From: Saprospiraceae bacterium | Lineage (GTDB): Bacteria; Bacteroidota; Bacteroidia; Chitinophagales; Saprospiraceae | Direction: 5' to 3' | DNA length: 52,238 bases | NCBI GenBank assembly: GCA_043752765.1 | Contig: JAYUXX010000240.1 | Span: 1 to 52,238, forward strand | Shown here: one piece after another, positions 20,262 through 28,804 of the stretch | Layout: each line of letters opens with the position of its first letter | Position numbering within the stretch: position 1 is the first letter of the stretch | Notes under the pieces: model-generated | Told to the model about the DNA's origin: nothing | What the model saw: the letters and a program-made list of their open reading frames with translations, nothing else | Database searches by the model: none | Translations under genes and position numbers: made by a program

Positions 20262-20359
20262 TCGGCTAGGCGGAAAATTTACGAAGAGCTGATGAGCTGA
20301 ATGAAGCTTTGAAGGATGTGTTTGGGTAATTTGGTATTTTGAGGCGGAAAACTTAAACT

Positions 20360-20821
20360 ATGATAATTATCTTACAGCGAGCTATCCCAATTGTTTTTTG
20401 GGCTGGGTTTACGATATGGTTCTCATTTAAACCATATTTTTTTAATACTGCAACCACTGAAAATACAGGAGAAGCATATGATTATTTGGGTAAGTTTATA
20501 CTTGATGTTATGCCCAATTTATTAGGGTTTACAATTACAGCATTTGCCGTAATTTTAAGTATGAGTGAAGATTTTATAAAAAAATTAATCAAAAGCTCAC
20601 ATTCAATTTTTAATATTAGGACCTTGTTTTTTTTTAGTATATGGACGCAGGCTACAGCTATTTTAATAGCCTTCACTTCTCAATACGGATTACTTTTTGA
20701 TGATACTAAATATTTAGATTTTGGAGTCGGAATTCTATTTTCATTAACCTCAACATGCTTTTTGTCAATATTCCTAATTGCACACAAGCTATTCCTAATT
20801 AGTGGTAGCCTAAATTCTTAG
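20360..20821 (+). CDS. Small integral membrane protein (about 4 TM helices)
   Basis: 153 aa with hydrophobic segments IPIVFWAGFTIWF, LLGFTITAFAVIL, ATAILIAFT and FGVGILFSLTSTCFLSIFLIA. It sits inside a segment that is absent from the paralogous locus at 45.9 kb. Confidence 0.55.
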   Translation: MIIILQRAIPIVFWAGFTIWFSFKPYFFNTATTENTGEAYDYLGKFILDVMPNLLGFTITAFAVILSMSEDFIKKLIKSSHSIFNIRTLFFFSIWTQATAILIAFTSQYGLLFDDTKYLDFGVGILFSLTSTCFLSIFLIAHKLFLISGSLNS

Positions 20822-20835
20822 TTGTATAAAAATTT

Positions 20836-20888
20836 CCCCCGGTCCCAGATAAGTGCGCAGGGCCTATCGGGATGCGTGGAACCGGGAG
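20836..20888. other. GC-rich nested hairpin directly after the membrane-protein gene
   Basis: CCCGGT (20838-20843) pairs with ACCGGG (20881-20886). The inner CCCAGATA pairs with TATCGGG. This GC-rich patch stands out from the AT-rich surroundings and has no T-tract. Confidence 0.4.
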
Positions 20889-21036
20889 AATTGTGTTATA
20901 GGGATTTTAATGACAAACCTGACATTTCTATTCTGTCAGTCCCGTCTCTCATTAATGTTGTATTCCCAAATCAAAAATTAGTATTATAAGAAATTTTCAA
21001 TTAGCACAGCTTTACTTGATAAATCCGATAGCAAAA

Positions 21037-21294
21037 ATGAAGGACTCGATATTACAGCAAATGAAGGCTAACGCCAAGGAATATAAGAACATGGCCATCA
21101 ATGACATGAAAGCTTTAATTAATCGTGGTCATGAACTTAAAAGGAGTGATCAGGAGGCCCTGGATAATGTTGGGATCCTGCGATCACATTACCATTTACC
21201 CAAATCTGATAAGGATGCTTTAGGAGCAGCATCGCTGTACGATATCTATGACGGTGGTGATGATTGGGCGAAACACTTTGACGAAGAAGAATAA
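21037..21294 (+). CDS. Small conserved protein, paralog of 48009-48269
   Basis: MKDSILQQMKANAKEYKNM... against MKNSILQQMKANAKEYKDM.... ATG 21037 is preferred over the track's TTG 21016, because the 21 nt upstream are a relic of the 3' end of the neighbouring gene in the 48-kb copy. Confidence 0.55.
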   Translation: MKDSILQQMKANAKEYKNMAINDMKALINRGHELKRSDQEALDNVGILRSHYHLPKSDKDALGAASLYDIYDGGDDWAKHFDEEE

Positions 21295-21346
21295 GAATTT
21301 GGCTGATATTTGGCATTCCTGTTTTATCAGACTGCATTAGCTAACC

Positions 21347-21772
21347 ATGAATAGAAGAGGCCCTTTCATTATCATAGAGGATGATCGTGAAGATCAGGAG
21401 GTATTAGAGGAAGTTCTTAAGGAGTTCAATGTTAGGAATGCAACTTTATTTTTCCAACCGGTGAGACAGCTCTCGAATACATAACCAATAGCACTATAGA
21501 GCCATTTATTATTATCTCAGATATTAATATGCCTAAACTCGACGGTATGAAATTGAGAGAACAGGTGTATCATAATGACTACCTCAGGCTAAAGTGTATT
21601 CTATATCTATTTTTTTACAACAAACTCAAATCAAAGCCTTGTAGAAGAAGCGTACTCAAAATCAATTCAAGGGTTTTTTGTAAAACCATTTTCTTATCCT
21701 GACATCAAAGCTACCGTAGCAAGTAGTATAGATTATTGGCAACGATGTGAATCTCCAAATTATACTAAATAA
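21347..21772 (+). pseudogene. CheY-like response-regulator receiver domain gene with two frameshifts
   Basis: Three frame segments read MNRRGPFIIIEDDREDQEVLEEVLKEF.., ..GETALEYITNSTIEPFIIISDINMPKLDGMKLREQV.. and ..FFTTNSNQSLVEEAYSKSIQGFFVKPFSYPDI... The shifts fall at T-runs near 21446 and 21612. First and last segments share a frame. Confidence 0.7.
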
Positions 21773-21807
21773 AAGCCTTCTATGGTTTGATTTAACCTCT
21801 ATACTGC

Positions 21808-21978
21808 TTATCCTCTCTTCTCCCTCTTAATATCCTTAGGCTTCATCGCGGATCCGCACTTTATACATGCGGGATATTTCAAAAGAGCATTTTCAAATGA
21901 GATAGCTTCAACCTTAACAGCTCTGGAGCCAGAAGTCCGGCAAGCAAAGGATGAGCACTGAAGGGTAAAGGTTTCCAT
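21808..21978 (-). CDS. 56-aa four-Cys (zinc-ribbon-like) protein, copy 1
   Basis: Below the track cutoff. METFTLQCSSFACRTSGSRAVKVEAISFENALLKYPACIKCGSAMKPKDIKREKRG. The 5' 79 nt match the inverted copy at 46031-46109 at 77/79. It lies 26 nt downstream of the SPASM gene. Confidence 0.5.
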   Translation of the reverse strand: METFTLQCSSFACRTSGSRAVKVEAISFENALLKYPACIKCGSAMKPKDIKREKRG

Positions 21979-22004
21979 TTTGCCCAAAGGTATTAGGATT
22001 CTAG

Positions 22005-23108
22005 CTAGACCTTCAAATTTTCCATCTCATAAAATCTAATCGCCTCCATTTTAAGAGGATTATTTAACCAATCACTCCACTCACCTATATAAGGGTTATA
22101 CCCGCATTTCAATGGTTTACTTAAAATGTCTTTTGGATCTTCAACGAAAGCTCTGCAGTCTGTACAAATGAATCTAAACTCACAATCGCGGCATACATGA
22201 ATCAAATTTTTATTTAATGTCCAGTATTGCTTAAAGTTTGGCTTCGCAATTGCTTCCTCAATAGTTGTACTATTAATATTGCCATATGAATCTACCATGG
22301 AGGGGCAGTTTTTAATATTGCCATCAATATCTATAGAAACTTTTCTATTTAAACACGAGTTATAGTTAATCGATTCTGTGTAAGTTTCAAGTGATGGATT
22401 AAAGAACCCCTCAATTTTCCCACAATCTAGATGAGAAGAAAATGAATTAGATGAAAGAAAAACATCTTTATTAAGATCTGATGTCACTATTCTTTGGTTC
22501 TCTGGAGCATTATAGAATATAGCTGAAAAACATTTATCAGAATTTAAAATCTGATCTACAATGGGATTAATATGAGATTCAACGTAAGGCAAATAAATAC
22601 TGAATCCAGTAAGTGATTGATTTTCCGCTAATATCATAAGCTTCTGAATGTAAATAAGTTCGTTTATTTTAAAGACTCTAAAATTATAAAAAGGAATTTT
22701 AAACCCATTTATTGACTTAACTAATTCATCTAAATTTTGTTCGTTATTAATATCTATTATGCAATTAGTGATTGAGTGCGGATTATCCCAATTATCTGAC
22801 ATATTAGGAAATAAAGATGGATCAGGAACAAAAGCACATAATTCATTGTCTAATAGAAATCTTAAATATTGTTTTGCTAATTGCCGTTGAGAAGAATATT
22901 CTTTTAATATTTGAATTACAGTTTTGCCTAAGCAAGATTCAACAAATAAGTTTATTGCGTTTGGTAAATGAAATATGTCTGTTCTCTGCAGATCGATAAT
23001 TGCGGAGAATTTGTGACCGGAGATAATTTTTACATTCTCGAAAAGTATAAATTTGTTAGATCTCAATTTTAATAATTTTACATAAAGGTTTCTCTGGTTT
23101 TTTTCCAA
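22005..23108 (-). CDS. SPASM-domain peptide maturase-like protein lacking the radical-SAM CxxxCxxC motif
   Basis: The C-terminus has a full 7-Cys SPASM pattern: CLNRKVSIDIDGNIKNC ... CRDCEFRFICTDC ... KCGYNP. No CxxxCxxC occurs anywhere in the 367 aa. TTG start. Adjacent to the ATP-grasp gene. Confidence 0.75.
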   Translation of the reverse strand: MEKNQRNLYVKLLKLRSNKFILFENVKIISGHKFSAIIDLQRTDIFHLPNAINLFVESCLGKTVIQILKEYSSQRQLAKQYLRFLLDNELCAFVPDPSLFPNMSDNWDNPHSITNCIIDINNEQNLDELVKSINGFKIPFYNFRVFKINELIYIQKLMILAENQSLTGFSIYLPYVESHINPIVDQILNSDKCFSAIFYNAPENQRIVTSDLNKDVFLSSNSFSSHLDCGKIEGFFNPSLETYTESINYNSCLNRKVSIDIDGNIKNCPSMVDSYGNINSTTIEEAIAKPNFKQYWTLNKNLIHVCRDCEFRFICTDCRAFVEDPKDILSKPLKCGYNPYIGEWSDWLNNPLKMEAIRFYEMENLKV

Positions 23109-23182
23109 AGTAAAATTTACCTTCTTGTAAAGAAGGTTTAATGTTCTTTACAACTTTATAATTAAATAAAAGTGGAGACAAC

Positions 23183-24166
23183 TTAGTTATCTTGTGATTG
23201 GATCTCTTCATAAATTTGAAATGCTATATATTTATCAATATAGTAATTGCAGTTGTAAGACAACCATTCATAATGACCTGAGTGGTTAACTTCTAAGAAA
23301 TAATAATCTCCAACCGTGCTCACAAGGATATCAATTGAACCGGTGTCAAAGTTAGACAAGCGACTAAACTCTAAAATTGACGCTTCAATTGTTGCAGGAA
23401 TTTTGAATGGTACACATCTATTAGGTTTGGCACGGTCATAATTTCGAAAATCAATCTGAGTTTTAGGATTGCTTTGCGAAAAAATGGCCATAGAATACAC
23501 TAAATTCCTGTAATAGAAAACTCTTAACTCGTATTGCTTAGGTATATATTCTTGAAATAAACAAGGAAAGAATTCATTTTCTAAGTTATTAATTAGTTCT
23601 GCTGTTAGTAATTGGGTTCCAACTGGAGAAAATGTTACATTTCTTTTTGTCGTTAGAGGCTTATGATTTCGTATCGGCTTTAATATTGTACCTTTCGGGT
23701 TGCCAGCCATAAAATCAACTAGTGACGATTTTGAGGTAGTGATCAAAGTCCTTGGGATCATCAATCCTGAATTTTTAGCAGTCAAAAGGTTAGTGAGTTT
23801 GTTGGTGTTTTTCTCTGTTAGTATTGAGCCATAATGTTTCTTTGAGGTTAATTGATTCTCCCAAAATTCAAAAATTGTCTCTTCTTCTTTTCTTAGCCAA
23901 TCATAAGATTCATGCTGAAATTGATCAAATGAAGCTTTTAAAAGTGATTTGAATTTTCCTCTTCTGTAATAATAAAAAGTGACTTCTGTCTCTGGAAGAC
24001 CTCCTAACTGATGTGAATGAGATTCATTATCTATAAGAAAATGTAATGGATAAAGACAATCATTTTCATCTAACGTTTTTATTTGAAGAGAAGGTTCTAT
24101 TGATTTTAACCATTCTAATACATTAGTAGCAGAATTATCGTAAGCTTCAACAAAAGCGATTACCAT
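23183..24166 (-). CDS. ATP-grasp family RiPP maturase (graspetide-type ligase)
   Basis: 327 aa, the typical size for RiPP ATP-grasp ligases. It sits between the SPASM gene and the precursor, 2 nt after the upstream gene's stop. The family call rests on context and overall resemblance. Confidence 0.7.
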   Translation of the reverse strand: MVIAFVEAYDNSATNVLEWLKSIEPSLQIKTLDENDCLYPLHFLIDNESHSHQLGGLPETEVTFYYYRRGKFKSLLKASFDQFQHESYDWLRKEEETIFEFWENQLTSKKHYGSILTEKNTNKLTNLLTAKNSGLMIPRTLITTSKSSLVDFMAGNPKGTILKPIRNHKPLTTKRNVTFSPVGTQLLTAELINNLENEFFPCLFQEYIPKQYELRVFYYRNLVYSMAIFSQSNPKTQIDFRNYDRAKPNRCVPFKIPATIEASILEFSRLSNFDTGSIDILVSTVGDYYFLEVNHSGHYEWLSYNCNYYIDKYIAFQIYEEIQSQDN

Positions 24167-24168
24167 AT

Positions 24169-25095
24169 TTAATCTAATGATATTTTACTTGCACTCATGT
24201 ACTGCTCTAAAGGTTCCAGCCCGACAGATTTTCGTCTATCGTCAATGCTATTTAAGTCCGAAATAGGATAGAAAACATTTTTATCATCTTTCTTAACATA
24301 TTGAGTGCCATAAATTTGAGGAATATCCTTACTCATGTTAATTCTGTCAATTAAATATGCTAAATATTTTGGATTCAAATCCTTTGCATCTACCGCTTGT
24401 TGAACGTAGGGTAAATATTTTTGTTGATATGATGGAGGAGCATGTTGAATTACGAGCCAGGCAACTTCTGAAAGGGTTCCCACTTTAGATCGACCAGGAT
24501 ATGTACCTAATTTTTTAATTATCGTAGCTACTTTAATTTGATTAATACTGTCTTTACTTGCTTGAAGTGGAGTTAATTCTCGCTTACCCCTTCCATTATC
24601 ATCTACTATTATTTCTCGAAATTTTGTTATGAGATCTGGATCATAACTTGAGTTCAAAGATTGGCATATACTATCAAAGTAAGGTTTCTCATTATGTAAG
24701 TAAAAATAACCCACGGGTGCGCGAGAAAAATATTTTGCATTGAAGGGAGCCTCAAAAATATATGAATAAAAATCACATATAGCATATGGACTATTTTCAT
24801 ATGCATCTGCCCAAATTTCTTTTATTATACTATCTGTTGCGAATAGCGCAATATTTGCTATCAGAAATCGCCAGTAAGCATGTTCTTTAGCAGTCCAAAT
24901 GATAGTAGGGTCTTCAATAATAGTTTTAGTTTCATTATAAGCATCTTTATAATACGTAAAATCTTGAGGAAGCTTTTCCATAAAGCTGTATTGCTTAATA
25001 TAGGTAGCGTTATTCACTTGTGCCAATAAAGTAGTACGAGGGATCAATAAGAGTAAGCAAGCTATTAGTTTTAACGAATTAATTAGAACGATCAT
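24169..25095 (-). CDS. Exported protein of unknown function, paralog A
   Basis: Signal peptide LIACLLLLIPRTTLLAQ. Shares YPGRSxVG...VAWxVIQ...PxYLAxxxDRI...PQIYGTQ...YPIxD...R...GL with 25118-26011. Confidence 0.55.
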   Translation of the reverse strand: MIVLINSLKLIACLLLLIPRTTLLAQVNNATYIKQYSFMEKLPQDFTYYKDAYNETKTIIEDPTIIWTAKEHAYWRFLIANIALFATDSIIKEIWADAYENSPYAICDFYSYIFEAPFNAKYFSRAPVGYFYLHNEKPYFDSICQSLNSSYDPDLITKFREIIVDDNGRGKRELTPLQASKDSINQIKVATIIKKLGTYPGRSKVGTLSEVAWLVIQHAPPSYQQKYLPYVQQAVDAKDLNPKYLAYLIDRINMSKDIPQIYGTQYVKKDDKNVFYPISDLNSIDDRRKSVGLEPLEQYMSASKISLD

Positions 25096-25117
25096 ATCTA
25101 AATATTGAATTCAAGAA

Positions 25118-26011
25118 TTACTTATTAATTTTTTCACTTTTGATTAAATCGCCCAAACTGGTGTTGCTCGTATCTAATATTCCTAGACCCATTTGCGCTC
25201 TTAATTCATTAACTTTTTTAATATCTTTTATCGGATAAACTTCTCTTTCTTTTTCCGAGGTTTTGGTCTGTGTACCGTAGATCTGGGGACGATTGTTTAG
25301 TATTTCAATTCTATCCAAACTGGCAGCTAAGTATCGCGGATGAAGATCACCGCATTTTACGGCTAGTTTTAATAAATCAATATACTTGCTTAAATAGGGT
25401 AAATCACCAGATTGTATCACAGACCATGCAACTGATTCCAGGTTAATTCCAACAACTGAGCGTCCAGGATACCGGATTTGGAATTTCATTATTTCATCCA
25501 ACTCTTTCTGTTTGCCAATTAGAGCATTTTCATTCGTTCTAAACTGGCTGATTTTAGTTATTAAAACTGAATCATATTTTTCATACAGGCTTGAACATTT
25601 TGTCTTAAAAAAAGTCGTTTCCCGCATTAATACACAATGAATTGGGAATGGAATGCCCTTATTATACTCCACATTGTCGATCCTAGCAAATTCCATTTCA
25701 ACATTTTGACATGAAGAATGAGGATCAACTTCATATCCCTGTAACCAAATTTCTTTAAGTTGATTAAGCGGAAAAAATAATTTTACAGCTGAACTGAAAT
25801 AATTAGTGTACAGGACTGATTTATCCCACCAAGCTAATTGTTCGTGTTGAAGTGAATTTTTCGAAAGATTGTACAGTTTAAGCTCTAAATTATAATCTAT
25901 ACCTAAAGAATCTATAATGGGGTAATGAGGTATTGTGTCAAGGGATGTGCAATTGGATTTTGCTGACCCGGTAAAAATTAATAATAGTAGTGTTAACTTA
26001 ATCAGATGCAT
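25118..26011 (-). CDS. Exported protein of unknown function, paralog B
   Basis: Signal peptide LTLLLLIFTGSAKS. Same conserved C-terminal module as 24169-25095. Confidence 0.55.
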   Translation of the reverse strand: MHLIKLTLLLLIFTGSAKSNCTSLDTIPHYPIIDSLGIDYNLELKLYNLSKNSLQHEQLAWWDKSVLYTNYFSSAVKLFFPLNQLKEIWLQGYEVDPHSSCQNVEMEFARIDNVEYNKGIPFPIHCVLMRETTFFKTKCSSLYEKYDSVLITKISQFRTNENALIGKQKELDEIMKFQIRYPGRSVVGINLESVAWSVIQSGDLPYLSKYIDLLKLAVKCGDLHPRYLAASLDRIEILNNRPQIYGTQTKTSEKEREVYPIKDIKKVNELRAQMGLGILDTSNTSLGDLIKSEKINK

Positions 26012-26094
26012 AAATTTTGAATTGGGGAGATTGAAATTTAAAATTACTAATAGTAATATTTTAACTATTCAATCTCCCAAGTTTAAGACTTTAA

Positions 26095-26307
26095 TTACAT
26101 ATTCCCATCATTTTCCCTATCCATATATGGAATATGACCACCACCATCGAAATATCTTGTCGATACTCTATTGTCTAGAATATCATCATACCCCGATGGA
26201 TGATTTGGGTCACTAGAAGTGAAGGTTGTATCCCTTGTACCACCAGCAACTGTAAAAAGCTGTTCATTCTTAAGTTTAACAGCAGTAAATTCCTCTAATT
26301 TTAACAT
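26095..26307 (-). CDS. RiPP precursor peptide with double-glycine leader
   Basis: MLKLEEFTAVKLKNEQLFTVAGG | TRDTTFTSSDPNHPSGYDDILDNRVSTRYFDGGGHIPYMDRENDGNM. The Bacteroidota-type GG leader is followed by a 47-aa core with 9 Ser/Thr, 9 Asp/Glu, no Lys and no Cys. Confidence 0.7.
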   Translation of the reverse strand: MLKLEEFTAVKLKNEQLFTVAGGTRDTTFTSSDPNHPSGYDDILDNRVSTRYFDGGGHIPYMDRENDGNM

Positions 26308-26613
26308 AAAATCTTCAATTTTATTGTGATCTCCTCTTTTTTGGCTTCGGAGATGGCCATATAGCTATTGGTGTAAACTTACGTATGAGCACTGCCAATA
26401 GTGGCAGTTTGTTTTATATTTATTGATATATTTTGTTATGTTTTTCTTTTAAAGGGCAATAGATTGATATTGAGGCAATTAATTAAAATAGTTAGTTTAG
26501 TCTAGAAAGAGACAATCTTATCCTTATTTTCTTTTCTACTTCTCACAGGAATAGTATTAATTTGTAGGTAACACCACCAGTCTTGCCCTGAGTACTTGAC
26601 TCGGATTTATACT

Positions 26614-28800
26614 ATGAGAAGGTTTCCTTTTTTTCCACAATTTGATACAATGGATTGCGGCCCTGCCTGCATCCAAATGATTGCAGCTTATTATGGTAGA
26701 AAATATACCTTACAAGAACTAAGAAACAGAAGTTATATAGATAAGGAAGGTGTTTCTTTAAAAGGCCTTAGTGAAGCTTCCGAAAGTATCGGATTTAGGT
26801 CAATGGCGGTCAAGATTCCTTTTGTAGATACAGATAATGCTCCTTCACTAAGGACTTCTCCCTTGCCAATAGTTGCGCATTGGAATCAAAATCATTTTGT
26901 TGTAGTTTATAAAATTGGAAAAAGACATGTTTGGATTGGAGATCCAGCATCGGGGATTCTTAAGTTAAGTATTGACACTTTTAAAAGTCATTGGCTTAGT
27001 GATTTTGATAAGGGAATTGTTCTTCTTCTAGAAACTACTGCGAAATTTAATTCTGAGGAGGTTCCAGAAGGAAAAGGTAATTCCATTCAGTTCTTTCGCT
27101 CATACATTCAGCCCCATAGTAAACTCATTGCTCAGGTGGTTCTGGGTATGATCATTACCGCAATACTTCAGCTTATATTTCCATTTTTAACTCAATCTAT
27201 AGTTGACATAGGTATTGACAATCAGGATATAAATTTTATTTATTTAATTCTAATTGGTCAGATATTTATTTTTTTAGGACAAATTTCAGTTAAAGTGGTG
27301 CAGAGCTGGATATTACTGCATGTCAGCACCAGAATAAATGTTCAATTAATTTCTGATTTTTTACAGAAATTGATGCGCCTGCCTTTAGGATTCTTTGATA
27401 CACGCAATACAGGTGATTTGCTCCAGCGTATAAGTGATCATAAAAGGATAGAAAACTTTTTAACACAATCCTCTTTATCGATACTTTTCTCTTCAATAAA
27501 TATTATCGTTTTTGGAGCAGTTCTATTTATTTATTCCACAACTATATTCCTAGTTTTTTTAGTAAGCTCATTGCTTTATATTGGATGGATTGCTTTTTTC
27601 CTAAAAAGGAGACGGGAAATTGACTATTTAGCATTCAAGCAATTGTCTGATAACCAAAGTGCAATTATTGAGATTATTCAAGGAATGCAAGAAATTAAGC
27701 TGCAAGGCAGTAGCTTCAAACGTAGATGGGCCTGGGCATATATTCAAGCAAGATTGTTTAGGATTCAAATGAAATCCCTTAAAATTTCTCAATATCAAGA
27801 TATTGGCGGAAACTCAATTAATCAGCTTAAAGATATATTCATAACATTTATAGCAGCTAAGTCTGTGATTGATGGATCTATGTCACTAGGCATGATGCTG
27901 GCGGTGCAATATATGATTGGGCAATTAAACGGTCCCTTACAACAACTCATCAATTTTATTAGAAGCGCTCAAGACGCCAGGATAAGTTATGAACGAATAA
28001 GTGAAATACACGAGCATAAAGATGAACAAGAAACGAATGGCAATAAAGTAAAATTTATACCAGATGGCGATATAACACTTAATGGATTGTGTTTTCAATA
28101 TACCCCTGTTTCTCCATTAGTCCTTCAGGATATTACATTGAAAATACCAAGAGGTAAGATTACTGCCATAGTTGGAAGTAGTGGTAGTGGCAAGACGACA
28201 TTGATGAAATTATTACTTGGTTTCTATCCTACTTCAAAAGGTTTTATTAAAGTGGGCAATACTGCATTGGAAGCAATAGATAAAAATATCTGGAGAGCTG
28301 ATTGTGGTGTAGTAATGCAAGAGGGCTACGTATTTTCAGATACCATAGCAGAAAATATAGCCGAAAGTGATGACAAGGTAGATATAGACAAATTATTTTC
28401 TAGTTGTGAAACTGCAAACATCAAGGAATTTATTGAATCAATGCCTTTATCATATAATACAATGATTGGAGCAAAAGGAAATGGAGTTAGTCAAGGTCAA
28501 AGACAGCGCCTGCTTATAGCAAGAGCCGTGTATAAAAACCCGCATTTCTTATTTCTAGATGAGGCTACTAATGCACTTGACGCTATAAATGAAGGAATAA
28601 TCATTGAAAACTTTAACAAATATTTTACTGGACGTACCGTTATTATAATAGCGCATCGTCTTAGTACAGTAAGACACGCTGATCAAATTGTTGTTTTAGA
28701 AAAAGGATTAGTGGTTGAAGTGGGAAGTCATGCCGATCTGATCTATTCTAAAGGTAAGTATCATACTTTAATAAGTAACCAGCTAGAACTTAGCATATAG
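26614..28800 (+). CDS. Peptidase C39-domain ABC transporter (PCAT, bacteriocin/RiPP exporter)
   Basis: C39 motif FPQFDTMDCGPACIQMIAAYYG. Six-TM region. Walker A GSSGSGKTT, signature VSQGQRQR, Walker B LFLDEAT. ATG 26614 preferred over the track's TTG 26596. Confidence 0.9.
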   Translation: MRRFPFFPQFDTMDCGPACIQMIAAYYGRKYTLQELRNRSYIDKEGVSLKGLSEASESIGFRSMAVKIPFVDTDNAPSLRTSPLPIVAHWNQNHFVVVYKIGKRHVWIGDPASGILKLSIDTFKSHWLSDFDKGIVLLLETTAKFNSEEVPEGKGNSIQFFRSYIQPHSKLIAQVVLGMIITAILQLIFPFLTQSIVDIGIDNQDINFIYLILIGQIFIFLGQISVKVVQSWILLHVSTRINVQLISDFLQKLMRLPLGFFDTRNTGDLLQRISDHKRIENFLTQSSLSILFSSINIIVFGAVLFIYSTTIFLVFLVSSLLYIGWIAFFLKRRREIDYLAFKQLSDNQSAIIEIIQGMQEIKLQGSSFKRRWAWAYIQARLFRIQMKSLKISQYQDIGGNSINQLKDIFITFIAAKSVIDGSMSLGMMLAVQYMIGQLNGPLQQLINFIRSAQDARISYERISEIHEHKDEQETNGNKVKFIPDGDITLNGLCFQYTPVSPLVLQDITLKIPRGKITAIVGSSGSGKTTLMKLLLGFYPTSKGFIKVGNTALEAIDKNIWRADCGVVMQEGYVFSDTIAENIAESDDKVDIDKLFSSCETANIKEFIESMPLSYNTMIGAKGNGVSQGQRQRLLIARAVYKNPHFLFLDEATNALDAINEGIIIENFNKYFTGRTVIIIAHRLSTVRHADQIVVLEKGLVVEVGSHADLIYSKGKYHTLISNQLELSI

Positions 28801-28804
28801 AATT

